Shown here: positions 13,129 to 24,934 of the stretch, piece by piece
How positions within the stretch are numbered: the first letter of the stretch is position 1
How the letters are laid out: each line of letters begins with the position of its first letter
From: Basidiobolus meristosporus CBS 931.73
Lineage: Eukaryota > Fungi > Basidiobolomycota
Reading direction: 5' to 3'
Length of the DNA stretch: 64,000 nucleotides
Assembly: GCA_002104905.1 (NCBI GenBank)
Contig: MCFE01000077.1
Location: 1-64,000 of the forward strand
Notes under the pieces: model-generated
What the model saw: only the letters and a program-made list of their open reading frames with translations
What the model was told of the DNA's origin: nothing
Database searches by the model: none
Position numbers and translations under genes: made by a program

Positions 13129-14054
13129 TTATGCTACCGATTGTAATTTCAATGACATCTCCCACTGGGTGAGGGTGCTCTGAAATCCCATCTGTTCAAG
13201 GAACCGGAGAAACGGTGACTCCTCTGGTTCGTTGAAGATTTGGATTTTCTCAGTGGTGCTTTGGACTTGTGACTTCAATATTCTGGCAAAATCTTGCGTG
13301 GTCGAATGAGCGGTTATCAACGAATCCAGGATCAGCACCTCCTTGCCGTCACATTTTACGAGAAGCCCTGTTTTTGGTAAGCCGAAAGAGTCTTTGATGG
13401 ACACAACGGTGTGGTTGCCAATTCTTGTCGTGAATGCTTGACGAGGCCAGCACATAGACATGTGATTCGAAGTCCACTGAGCATTGGTCCATGAAATTGG
13501 GGTTTCGAACACTTGCTCTTCTTCGCACTCCTCAGCAAGAAGCTCTTTCACGCCTAGATGGAAAGAGTACAGCTTTCGGCAGGGAAGGAACCCAATATGA
13601 GTATACAGCTTGTAGGCGGAGGTATTCTCTAGCATGCATTCTAAGTGCAGGGTAGCTATTTCAAGAGCGTTGGCCTGGCTTATCAACTCTTTCATCAGTA
13701 ATTGGCCTAAGCCCTTCTTACGATAATCCGGGTCAATAGCAAAACCAGCCACCCAGCCCTCTTTCCCACGAACGCCCAAATTCGTAAGGCCTATCGGGAG
13801 TTTCGCCTCGTTTACTTCACAAAGAGTACAAGTCAATAAAGGCCAAGCAGTTTCCGAAGCATATGGATTCGTAACTTACACATAACCACCCCACGTGCCA
13901 GGTCCACGTCATACCCTTTGACTAAGCCGGACAGCCCAGCAACGTCTATGGTCATGTCGCGGAAATAGCCCTTCCACGCGCGGTTATTAACCTCAACCAA
14001 CTCCTTCAAGGAATACTCCGAGGTGTTTACGAAAGTGAAGTTTTCCTCTGACAT
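13129..14054 (-). CDS. GNAT-family N-acetyltransferase, two-domain, bacterial-like; one intron
   Basis: Two ORF pieces join in frame through a GTAAGT...AAG intron (GVVM-LNEAKLPIG). Acetyl-CoA motif A AIDPDYRKKGLGQLLM and motif B LECMLENTSAYKLYTHIGF. Confidence 0.85.
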
Positions 14055-14278
14055 GTAAATATGCTATTCCAGCTGTACGAAGGTATATATATAGACAATA
14101 TGGCATTCGGCCTGTACGTGGACATTATTTCCAGAAGGAAGGTGGTACATTCCCCTTGTGATGATCATAAATTTCACACGGGATTTGTCTGGAACTATAG
14201 ATAGATATTTTAATGATCAGTGTGGCTTAGAATATTATTACAGCACCACCTGCGATCCATGAGATATACAAGCATCAA

Positions 14279-15472
14279 TTACACTACTATCGAATGACGG
14301 CTATGGATGCTGGTTAGAAATGGAGAGTATTGGAATGGCTTAACAAAAACATACCATATAGGACAAGTACCATTGAGAAGCAGCCACGACCGAATACACT
14401 CGTGGTGAAAAACATGTTTGCAAGGGAGATGGGTTACCGCATCGTCGATGACAAAATCGTCTTTGCACACCGTACACTCCTTGCACAAGGCTAGGTTGAA
14501 ATTTAATTCCTGTAGGAGCACAATCCATAACACCGTCTACAAACCCATCAGGTTATGCGTTGCTAGCTTGATTGGCAAGTTATTGATTGTATCCTCTGAT
14601 GCTGGAGTGGGGGCATTCTTTCTGCAAATGGATGGTGAGCGTGTGGCCAATATTTCCAAGCTATCAAGTCGGTGTACCCGGGTTGCTCCATCAGGCGCGT
14701 CATGACATTGTCAAGTGCTCGAGTACCAAAAACATAATCGCCCGGCTCACTGTGAAGCTCAAGTAAACTCCACAAAGGATGGGTCCCACCCATCGAAGCA
14801 GCCGCACCGTCAAGAAGATGGTGTATGAAGCTAACAAGTTCTTGAGGTCAGCAATACGCTATCTACAAAAGATAGACATTCTTACTCTGTGAAGTTCTGT
14901 GGCAAATAGGCGTCACTATTGTTAGCATTATTCATGTCAAGTATGGTAGTGAATATATCTTCTCTATCCGTTACATCTTCGTGCGCCACAATATCACTGT
15001 CAGTATCAGTCTCATTCCCGTAATCGTCAAGGTCAAAATAATTTTCTCCATCCTCCTCCTCCTCCTCCTCTTCTTCTTCTTCCTCTTCTTCTTCTTCTTG
15101 AGTCTCCTGGATGCTCAGTGGAGTTTCAGGGCTTAATAGCCTTTGTAGCATGGTTTGGACTCTATCTACTACTTCAGCCCCGTTGTACAGCGAATCCCTG
15201 TCAGACTCCTCTTCAAATATCGATGAAGAGGAATCCTCAAAGAAGTATCCTAGCGCCTCATCCTAAAGAGATTCTCTAGTAAGGTAAAGTAATACTCTAT
15301 CAACAAGTAGTGAGCCTCAGGATACCTCAATTTCTTCCACAAAATCACTAGAGCAGTTGGGACAAGTTGGTAGGGAAGTGGTTGTGATGGTCACCTGGGA
15401 ATTACACTCATGGCACAAGTGCAGGCTAGACCGACTGTTTGCAAAACCAAGCGCCTCTTGAAAATTATTCAT
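14279..15472 (-). CDS. RING-H2 E3 ubiquitin ligase with N-terminal zinc ribbon (RNF115/RNF126-like)
   Basis: N-terminal CHECNSQV...TCPNCSSDFVEEIE, central PGDYVFG...LDNVMTRLME, and C-terminal CTVCKDDF...LPCKHVFHHECIRSWL..NGTCPICR (spliced). Confidence 0.88.
15051..15099 (-). repeat. (GAA/GAG)n coding microsatellite encoding a poly-Glu tract of about 16 residues
   Basis: Run of tcc/ttc triplets on the + strand inside the RING gene exon. Confidence 0.9.
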
Positions 15473-15915
15473 AAAAAGTAAGAACAGTCAACGGCAAAGG
15501 AGCTATTAGGGAAAGGAGGATAGTTGTCTAATTGATCAAGCGGTTGCATGTATTTGAGATTAAATCGCGCAAGAATCACTTCATGGTATTGCATACTGGA
15601 TTGAGCGTTGTTCACATGCATAGTTACATAATGCTGTTCACATATGCAATAGACTACCCGCTGATTATCAGTCACATAAAAGGCATACATTCAAGCTATC
15701 CAGTCATCAAATCAACCTACCATTTCAACAGATTCCAGCCGTGATTCCAGCCGTGATTCCGGCCATTTCAACTACCAGACAAAACAAATCATGAATCCGA
15801 TAAAATTGAATTCGGATTGGACGAAGCTGAATTTTGGAGTTGGCATTATTTGTTTTCGTGCAAGGACGGCTTTTTCCCTAGTAAATTGGCCATGATATGT
15901 TGGGCCTAAACTAAT

Positions 15916-18415
15916 ATGTCTCAGTTTCTACGTAAACCTTGGATATTGCAAGACTTTCTGGAACTCAAATCGTTAGAGGCAAAGATAGAACAGACAAGAG
16001 GCGTTCAAATAATCCAGGTTCATCACTTGCTTTGCCATACGATCTTTCCTACCGCTCGTTAACCCGCCCTTTGCCCTAGTTTTTGTCATATAAGAATGCG
16101 GAGAAGCCCGAGCAGATTATCACTGCAGAAATCTCCGATAAATCTACCTATGTGAAAGCCTCGTTTTCCTCTTCATGTACGCAACATTTTGAAAGGTATC
16201 TTTCCCATTTACTTCGCGGTGTCTGGCCAACGACTGATCAATGTCATTAGAGAGCGCTCGTTGACTTCGATGAAAGGGGCTCTGATCCAATTGAAAGAAT
16301 ATTATTTTCGACTGCATAGAGAATTCGGTCGTGTTGCCTGTCACATTCACGTGGAAAAATTCAATTACGTTGGCTCAGATGGCTGTATGACATTCGGAGA
16401 GCCAAATTATCTATGCAGAAACGTGTATGTCAAAGGAAGGCTGCAAAAAATAGTACAATGGTTTGGATGAAGTTCGTGTGCTGCTTTTGTTTCGCAAAAT
16501 TAACGTTCAACTGTTCCAGCGAGCAAAATAATCCGGAACTTCCAAATAATGTATCGAGTAGGGGTTTTGTTGTTCTTGAAGCAGTTGCATCGCCAAAGAG
16601 TAACCCATATTTAAGGCACAAGCAGTGGCTCGACAGAAATCCTTGAGAACATATTCTCTCCACAAGAAACCAATCCCGAAAACCCCATCAACGACACAGT
16701 TGAAGACACAACGACTATGCAAACCGAGTCGTTGTTGGGAGTAAGCATAGGATGGAAGGTAGCGTTGAAAATTCAGTTAGAGCTTTCATGCAACAACCAG
16801 CCATAACTACGGGTTTAGGAATTGACGAAGGTATCGGAAGCAGACTGCATCATTCCATTCGACCAGCAGGAACTATTGGATAATTTGACAGGTACGTTGG
16901 AGACTACTGAGCCCTTTCTGAATGTGTTCTAACCATTGATGGCAGACTGGAAGGTTGAGGAGGATATCCGAGACAACCTTGAAGATCTGGAATCTTTCAA
17001 CTGGTGTACACAGATCCGATCCACACAAACAGAGCCTCCACAGGTTCGCAATTACCCTGACCTCTTGACGAGCCACTGTAGGATTAACACCCTCATAAGC
17101 CAGGAAGCCCCGAGACCCCAAAAAGCCAGTCATCATTCTCGGTGCCTGTTGAATACGGAGAAGAAATCTACGAATCTCAGAGCGATTTCGATTTAAGCGA
17201 GGTAGCAAATTCTCCAACTACGCATCAAGAAAACACCGGGGTTGAGGAGTAAGTTTCACCCTTTTGTAGAATCAACCGATTGCCCTGACATTTGAGTCGC
17301 CAGGAACCAAACGACCGCCAGCTCCCTCTTTGGCGATAACTTTTGCTCCCAACCAATCGAGCTCCGTCTGATTCCACTGAACAAGCTGATAGAAACCAAA
17401 AAGCTCGAAACCTCCGAGGATAACAGCGATCCATTGAAATGCCGCCTCTATGAGGTCAGCTATCAAAGCTCCCCCGCCGAGTTGGCCGCAGATTTGGCTC
17501 GCTACTTGATTAGAAACGAGCAGGATCGCCAATCGCCTTCGAATACCAAGGGAGACCCATCTGCCAGGGCTCTAGACAACCCCATGCCTATGATTGTCCC
17601 GGTGTCACCGAGAATGCGCAAGAACATAGAGGAGATGGGTATTATCTCTCAGCAGGAGACGCCCGTTCCCGAAGGAAAGGGGAAAGCCCAGCAAGTCACA
17701 AACAAGGGCAAGGAGCCTAATTTGCTGGCAATTACCAGAATAGGAGAAGGGATTAAATGGAAACTCCCAGGCTATGAAAATGCGATATCGCTCAAAGACT
17801 TGGCCAAGTACAACTCCGCCAGCACTGATAACGGTAAGCAGCCTCTAATCATTTTCAATTTCTTATATTAAATGGATTTCATTTTCCCCAGATGAGCACT
17901 TGCCCATATGCCACGATACGCTCATCAGTAGTATAGAGCAGTTGAAGAAAGCCTGCGATGAATATGGCAGTGGTTTGATAAAAGACACGCAAGACCTCGC
18001 ACCCGTCACCCAAGCACTATCAACGAGATTTGATACCGCCGAGCTTGACGACGATATAGAAACCGACCCTTGTACAAACATATCTGTAGACGACATATCC
18101 TCGCAAGAGAGCTATGTGGACTCTAGTATTATGGTTGAGCCCTGCCCCGACGAGCACGAGATACTCTTCCCCCAGGCATTTGAGCCTCCGAAAACACCCC
18201 CCAGGGATGCAAAGTGCGAAGCATCATCAAAACCGAGTTCGACTCATGGCCACGGGATCTATGGCAACTCAATTTTGGACAACATTGCATCTACAAAAAT
18301 AGAGGCGACTTCTACATCCCATTGCTACCGAGAGCTAAGCAAGGTTTTCTCAGTATCTTGGCTTGCTAAAAAGCGAAAACGCGGTTCACTCACTGAAGAT
18401 ACCAACGAATGGTAA
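15916..18415 (+). CDS. TPP1: Shelterin TPP1/Est3-like OB-fold protein, multi-exon, long low-complexity C-terminal region
   Basis: Spliced N-terminus MSQFLRKPWILQDF...RGVQIIQ-FLSY...AEISDKSTYVKASFSSSCTQHFER-ERSLTSMKGALIQLKEYYF...HIHVEKFNYVGSDGCMTFGEP. It contains the PWI, VQII, ISD and GxxGxxxFGxP elements I recall for the TPP1/Est3 OB domain. Middle exons are uncertain. Confidence 0.7.
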
Positions 18416-18533
18416 TCCTTCCACCATCCCGCACCAACGAATCTTGTAATTAACGACGAACAAACCAAGATATCATTTGTTTATAACTTTATAATCTCAA
18501 CGTCATTAGAAATAAAGTCGCCTAGAGTTGACA

Positions 18534-20275
18534 TCAACGCCATTGACCAAGTATGCTCTCTTCCTTCAGTCTCAAGCGAACCGATTCTACAATCTCTTTG
18601 GGGTAATGCTCTTCTGGGTTGCTTTCGATCTTTTCGTGGGCCTTGGCTTCAGATTTGGTCATACAGACGCAGTTCTGGAAGCTTAAGGGTTTTGAATTAT
18701 CCCAGCGTGATAGTGCAAGCTTTTCCATATCACCCGATATAACGCTACGTCCACGCCATACTTCCTCGACGAGATAGCCGACATCACGCTTATCAAATGG
18801 CAGACCGTCGATCCTGTTGGGCTAATCAGCGTTTGCTGGACAGGCATCTCTACGCACATTCTCGACTTACTTGATTTTATAATTCTTGGTTTCTCTGGTC
18901 AACAAATCACGGAGGATTCTAGCGTATACTGAGTCCCTATGCTTGATAGCAAGCGGTTGGATTTCATGATCGGCCAGCTTGCATGCAACGTAGGAGGCCA
19001 TGGCCATTCCAAAGATCGCAGGAAGGGTGCCTATGTCAAAGATGGGTAAATGCGCGGACGCGCTGGTTTTGATTGACGAAGGAGCTCACCTAGTACTGGC
19101 AGAATACGAACGCGGAAATCTGGAAGTACCGCAAACTCGTCCGGCTTATCCTCTTGCGATTGCTCTTCAAAGATTAAAGGAAAGTGTTAGTCGGTCCCCC
19201 ACCTACCGAGCAGGTTCGCGCTTCTTACCTAAAGGTAGTAGCTTGACTTCGCCGGGCTTTTCGGTGGAATACACCACAGGGATTCCCTTTTCAACGCCTA
19301 GCTTGCGAATCTTCTTACGAACAGCACGAGCCAAGGAATCCTCTACATGTGATCAACGTGTTACAAACCCATCTAGCAAATAAGCAAGGTTATCAAAATT
19401 ACCAAAGGTCTCGCTAATGTCGGAGATTTGAACTTTACTAGGATCGGCCTTGGCGCCGGCCCCCATGGAGCTGATGACCTGCAAAGAGAGTGATGAGATG
19501 GATGGTTCCTGATACAGGAACGAAGGAAAGGGCGATTACCGGGATGTTGTTTTCATGACAGTATTTGAGTAGGTGTAATTTCGTATCAATATTGTCTATG
19601 CAATCCAACACGAAATCCGGCTTGCCTAGGTCAAAGAAGGAATAGAGATAAGTCGCATTGCCAACCTATAAGGGGCACGTATGCTGAACAACCTTCGAGG
19701 AGTGCCTCAGCCGATTCATCCTTGAAAAGCTCGACCCTCGCGTCGATATCCGCGTGAGGTAATATCTCTTCGAAGTGTTTCTTTAAAGCCTGGACTTTGG
19801 GTGTGCCAACATCGGCGCGAGTTGCCACAGCGTGCCGATTGAGAGAAGACAGGGTGACTTGGTCGAAATCGATTATGCGCATACGCTCCACGCCGGAGCG
19901 GAGCAGCATTAATGCCGCCCAGGAACCCACACCCCCAGCACCGACTACGATCACAAAGGACTTGCGCAGCTTCTCCTGGCCGATTTGGCCAAAGAACTCA
20001 GCATTCTTACTGAATTGCTCTTCCAGGAGAGAGAGCTCCTTCTCTGATAGTGCTTTTGGAGAAACCTTCACTTCCTTCTTGTTTGCTCGAAGATCCAGAG
20101 GGACTTCCTCAAATTTCTTCGTAGCCTTTCTTCCCGACCCATGCTGCTTCCGAGACTTGTTTTGCGAAGCCAATATAAAAGCAGCGGTAGTCAGGGAAGC
20201 GGTGACCGCAGTGAGGGTAAGTTGAACTTTCGGGTTGAGTAATATACTAGGGAGCTTCCAGTCGTTAAATGACAT
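18534..20275 (-). CDS. TCD1: tRNA threonylcarbamoyladenosine dehydratase (ThiF/E1-like)
   Basis: N-terminal TM segment, VIVVGAGGVGSWAALML.RSGV, IDFDQVTLSSLNRHA, GIPVVYSTEKP and IIPVLGTIPAIFG-like segment. Start MSFNDW at 20275. Confidence 0.9.
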
Positions 20276-20514
20276 TGTGAAATAAACGTCCAGGCCGAAC
20301 AAGAATTCCGAACTATCCACACGTTAGAAAAAACAAAATGCAAATCGATCCTGATCCTGATCACGATCCAAACTTCTCTAGGGAATTGTATTATATATTA
20401 ACTGAATTATTACTAGATTACAGGAGCACCAGTCTCAATCCGTGGTTTGTTTGCAAGAGAATTATATATGATAACGAGAATGCTGGTAATGAATGCACAA
20501 AACGGTTGGATTTC

Positions 20515-21579
20515 TTACGGACGGCTGTAAAACAGCGTGGCGGCTATCACGATGAAAGCCCCGACGGTGAACTGAGAGGAAGGCTGAAATCCGAATACGT
20601 AGAACGAGATTAGGCTTGATATTATGATGGACAAGGAGTTGGCGAATCCTTTGAGAATGTTCCCTGCGTATTTCACAACAAGGGCGACCAGTAATCCACT
20701 AAGCGCCTGATTGATCACAACCAGCCAGGTAAGTGTGTCATAGCCCTGAAGGATTCCACCCTGCATAATGGCTCTCCCGTCGCTGATGATCATGGCAACG
20801 GTGGAAAACACCAGAGCCGGGATTCCCAGTTGGATGTTTCTAATCCACATACTGGTGCCTCCTTTCTTGATGATCTTCTCAAAGTAACACCCAGCGAATC
20901 CTGATGACAAGCAGGCAGCAATAACTGCGCCAAAGCCGATCAGTGGATTTTGAAGGTTCGTAATAGATTCGTCCTCGTTCATCGTGGATGCTTCCGAGTT
21001 GGATGGCAGTTGCACCAAAATGACACCAACCATTAACAATATCAGGCTCAGCCATCTATTACGTGACAGCTGAGTGCCTAACAACATGACCGAGAACAGG
21101 GCCGTGCTAAGGATCTTAAGTTGGTAAGAGATCTGGAACGTGGCCGCCTCGAGGTTGGATAAAGCCAAGAAAAGGAGATTATTCTGAAGGGCATATAAAC
21201 CAGAAGGAACCATCATCCGCTTAAGCTCGGGCCAGTTACCAAATACTTCCTCGGACAACGTATCGAAGAAAATTGAAGTTTTTCCTGAGTTCTTGAATAG
21301 AAACAATAAACATACGATGGTCTTGATCAGTTCAGCGAAAAACACAGCAGTTGACGCGATATACATGGGCTGCTCAGGTTGGTGCACTACACGGGAGTAG
21401 CGTAACATCAGGACAAGAGTGCTGCTCTGTATGGTGAGAAAGCAGAGGCTCAAATACTTCTTAACATTACTGGTCTCTATAGTAATATTCGATTAGTGGC
21501 CATAGTAGAACGTATAGAGAGCGTTTGGAGCCTTACTGTTTACTCTACTGGTGGAGGGGGTAGGTAGCAAGGTCTTCAT
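20515..21579 (-). CDS. Nucleotide-sugar transporter, SLC35A / UDP-galactose transporter family
   Basis: Short first exon MKTLLPTPSTSRVN, then YLSLCFLTIQSSTLVLMLRYSR, VPSGLYALQNNL, ATFQISYQLKILSTALFS, SGFAGCYFEKIIK, SMWIRNIQL and VVKYAGNILKGFA. Confidence 0.92.
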
Positions 21580-22337
21580 CGCTAGCAACTACTGAGCAGC
21601 AAAGGGAGAGCAAAGTCCTTTATTACTCTTGAAGAATAGGAGAGGTAGAAGAAAGATAAGGAGGTAGAAAAAGGATAGGAATCAGAAATTAGATTAACAA
21701 ATGATTGGATCCAATGTGGAGGACAAGTCTTTAATAGTAATTAGCAATGTAATTCCTGTGGAAGCACGAAATTTCCATTCGCGGATATTTCGGTTGATTG
21801 AGCAGTATAAGAAGCAGCTAACCCGACTTGGGCCCAATCGTTTTCGAAATCTTCGAAAGATCCAAACTGCCCTCATTTGTGCCAGTTGAAGAATTCCGTC
21901 TAGGGCACAGTTACTTCTATATCAATCGATCTCTCCATATCCTTCAGCCACTGGCAGGCGATGCGGTCTGAACTTCCCTTAGGCACATACATGACGGTTG
22001 GTGTGACTTTTTGCTACAGTTAATTATGGGGATGCTATGCCCATATATATCATGTGTCCCGTACGTAAAGCCGCATATTGATCCAGATTAGTTGAAATCT
22101 CTGCATGGCTCATTTAAGGGAATTATTTGAGTGGGTCCAATATTTAACCCTAACCCCTATCTAGTTGATTTCCCTATATGCTGTATGCTATTCCCTTTAT
22201 ATTCCCTAAATGCTAAATGCTTTTCACCATCGATCAGGCATTCTGCTAAGCCATTCTGCTATTGGTATTTCAGCCCATTTGTTCCCTCACATTTCCCGGG
22301 CGATACCACCTTTTTGACTCACACCTTGTCCTCATAT

Positions 22338-23130
22338 ATGAATAAAGAGATATCCGTAGACCAAAGTATGTTGTCCCCCACTGCTGATACTGCAATGACT
22401 AGAAGGGTGTCAAGCGACTTCACACACGCAATGCTCGCTCGCTTGAGCTTTGTATTTGGCGAGGACATAAACTTGTCCGAAGAGGAAAACATGGATGAAT
22501 CTGTCCAAGTATCTTACGTCCCTGCCGCGTTACCATTTACTGGAAAGCTTCGCATCGAGCGAGACTATACCTTGGGTGAATACTGCCAATTCTCCATGGA
22601 ATACCCCTCGGTATTGCAGGAAAAGGTGCCCATGGCATTCTTCTTCCTGAAGCATGACGCATGAATACTGATATGCCCGAGTTCTCTAGATTTCTCAATC
22701 CCAGTTCCAGGAGTCGATGAGTAAAATCAACCTACTACTATACCGTGCCGAGAGCAACAGAGCTCGGCACTCACTAGATCACCTCCTTGCATGCTTGACC
22801 CTGTACACTTTTCCTCTATGCTTTGAATCTTTTTATCAAAAGGTAGGCATCGTGGCAATTACTCCATTTAATAGCAAGCTAATGCTCCAAAGCGCATGGA
22901 TGAACTCGACCAAGCTATCCAAGCCGAAAATGATCGGGTATATGCCCCTGTTGGACTAAAACTCTGGAACCCGAAGAATTACGCATTTCTTTATGTATCC
23001 TTTTGCCAAATTTACGACTTGCATATTCATCTAGAAGAATCCCTTAACGACATATATATATGTGCAGCTTGAAATAGAGTTCTTAAATCAGCCTGGTCAA
23101 TCACTCCTACACTCGTGCATTGCGGATTGA
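22338..23130 (+). CDS. ERF4: Golgin A7 / ERF4 family (Ras palmitoyltransferase accessory subunit), multi-exon
   Basis: Spliced LRIERDYTLGEYCQFSMEYPS-ISQSQFQESMSKIN...LDHLLACLTLY...FYQK-MDELDQAIQAENDRVYAPVGLKLWNPKNYAFLY-LEIEFL, matching the Erf4 family pattern. Confidence 0.85.
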
Positions 23131-23238
23131 TGCTGAGCCATTCCTCTCCTGTAGATATGCTGCCGAACTCAACAACTGTATGAGGCGATTTTGTTTTATT
23201 GGTTTTGTGGTAATAAAAATGAAAGCAATTCGTTGCGA

Positions 23239-24432
23239 TCAAGCAACATTCTCTAGGACAACTGCAATTCCCTGACCTCCGCCAATGCAGGCTGAGCCAA
23301 TGGCATACTTCTTTTGAGTACGCTTCAGCTCGTGTGTCAGGTGTGCCAGGATTCTGGATCCAGATGCGGCCAAAGGATGTCCTAGAGCGATGGCACCACC
23401 ATTGGTATTGGAGATCTCTCTATTCAAGCCCAACTGCTTCTCAACGGCAAGGTACTGAGCAGCAAATGCTTCATTTACTTCAACCAAGTCCATGTCTTTC
23501 AAACTGAGGTTGGCTTTGCGAAGTGCTTCTTTGATAGCAGGCACTGGTCCGATGCCCATGATGGTTGGTTCGACAGCAGCCACATGCCAGCTTACAACCC
23601 TTACCAATGGTTTTAGTCCATATTCCTGAACGGCCTTCTCACTTGCAACCACTACTGCGGCAGCACCGTCACAGATTCCGGAGGCGTTACCAGCAGTAAC
23701 CAAGCCGGTGTCTTTCTTGAATACAGGTGGGAGCTTGTTCAAGGATTGTATGGTGCTTTGTGGGCGAGGGTGCTCATCAGTATCAAACTTCTCAACTCCC
23801 TTCCGGGTTTTCAAATCGATGGGTGCAATCTCTGCTTTGAAACGTCCAGCTTCGTTAGCGGCAGCCCATCGCTGCTGACTTTGAAGGGCGAACTCATCGC
23901 ATTGCTCACGAGTGATACCGTTTTGGCTGCCAAGGTTCTCTGCAGTAATTCCCATTGGTGTGGGGGTGGGGTAGCGGTCAACCAATGCGGCAGCGAGGGT
24001 ATCCTCTCCTTTCAGATCAACACCGTATCTAGTACCCCAGCGAATGTTACGCAGAGCATATGGGGCTTGGCTCATGCTTTCCGAGCCACCAGTCAACACA
24101 ACTTGAGAGTCGCCAGATATGATTTCCTGCGCAGCGTTGATAACGCTCTGAAAACCTGAGCCACAAAGTCTGTTCACGGTAAGTGCTGGCACAGTGATAT
24201 CCAAACCAGCACGGTGGCCAACGTGTCTAGCGAGGTAGGCGGCGTCGTTTGAGGTTTGACAAACGTTTCCGAAAATGACCGAATCCACCTTGGTCTCCTT
24301 GGGAAGGGTTTCCAAGGCAGCCTTAGAGGCAATACCACCCAACTCGTTGGCAGTCAGCTCCTTTAGTTTACCACCAAAGGCACCGAAAGGAGTACGTTTG
24401 GCAGCTACAATGAATATGTTGGGCAAGGTCAT
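23239..24432 (-). CDS. Acetyl-CoA acyltransferase (3-ketoacyl-CoA thiolase, ACAA2-like), intronless
   Basis: KRTPFGAFGG, NRLCGSG catalytic Cys, TAGNASGICDGAAA, NEAFAAQ, GHPLAASG and SACIGGGQG. Confidence 0.95.
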   Translation of the reverse strand: MTLPNIFIVAAKRTPFGAFGGKLKELTANELGGIASKAALETLPKETKVDSVIFGNVCQTSNDAAYLARHVGHRAGLDITVPALTVNRLCGSGFQSVINAAQEIISGDSQVVLTGGSESMSQAPYALRNIRWGTRYGVDLKGEDTLAAALVDRYPTPTPMGITAENLGSQNGITREQCDEFALQSQQRWAAANEAGRFKAEIAPIDLKTRKGVEKFDTDEHPRPQSTIQSLNKLPPVFKKDTGLVTAGNASGICDGAAAVVVASEKAVQEYGLKPLVRVVSWHVAAVEPTIMGIGPVPAIKEALRKANLSLKDMDLVEVNEAFAAQYLAVEKQLGLNREISNTNGGAIALGHPLAASGSRILAHLTHELKRTQKKYAIGSACIGGGQGIAVVLENVA

Positions 24433-24934
24433 GGTCGAGAATAAAGCGGAAAAGCAAATAGAAAAACCTCGGCTACTATCAACCTCCCTTGGATGGGCCG
24501 GATGTGATGTATATATTCAATTTGGAGAACACGATCTATGACTAAGCTTATAGAAGGGGGGTCATGGTAGGTACAAATGCGTGGTGGTGATTGGCTGTCG
24601 GAAATTTGACGTAGCACCCCTTACTCTCAAGCCCTTCGTTGTATTGTTCTCTCCGGACATGTGAAAAGTCAAACAAGGACCATCTGACCCGGCTCATATA
24701 TAATCATATGAAGTAGTAAACAAATCATCACCAAAACATGTGATTCGGGAATTCATGTTATGTAATGTTTCTCACGTGTGAAGTTAGTGTAATCTAGCGT
24801 TCGGCTAGTGGATTCTTTATAATGCGGGTTCATTCTACAAATGGGTGAATGGTGGGATACATCGGATATATTTTGGGTGAACCGAAAGATATGGTTTTGC
24901 TTCTATTTCGCTTGACAGAACGGATGAACTGTGC

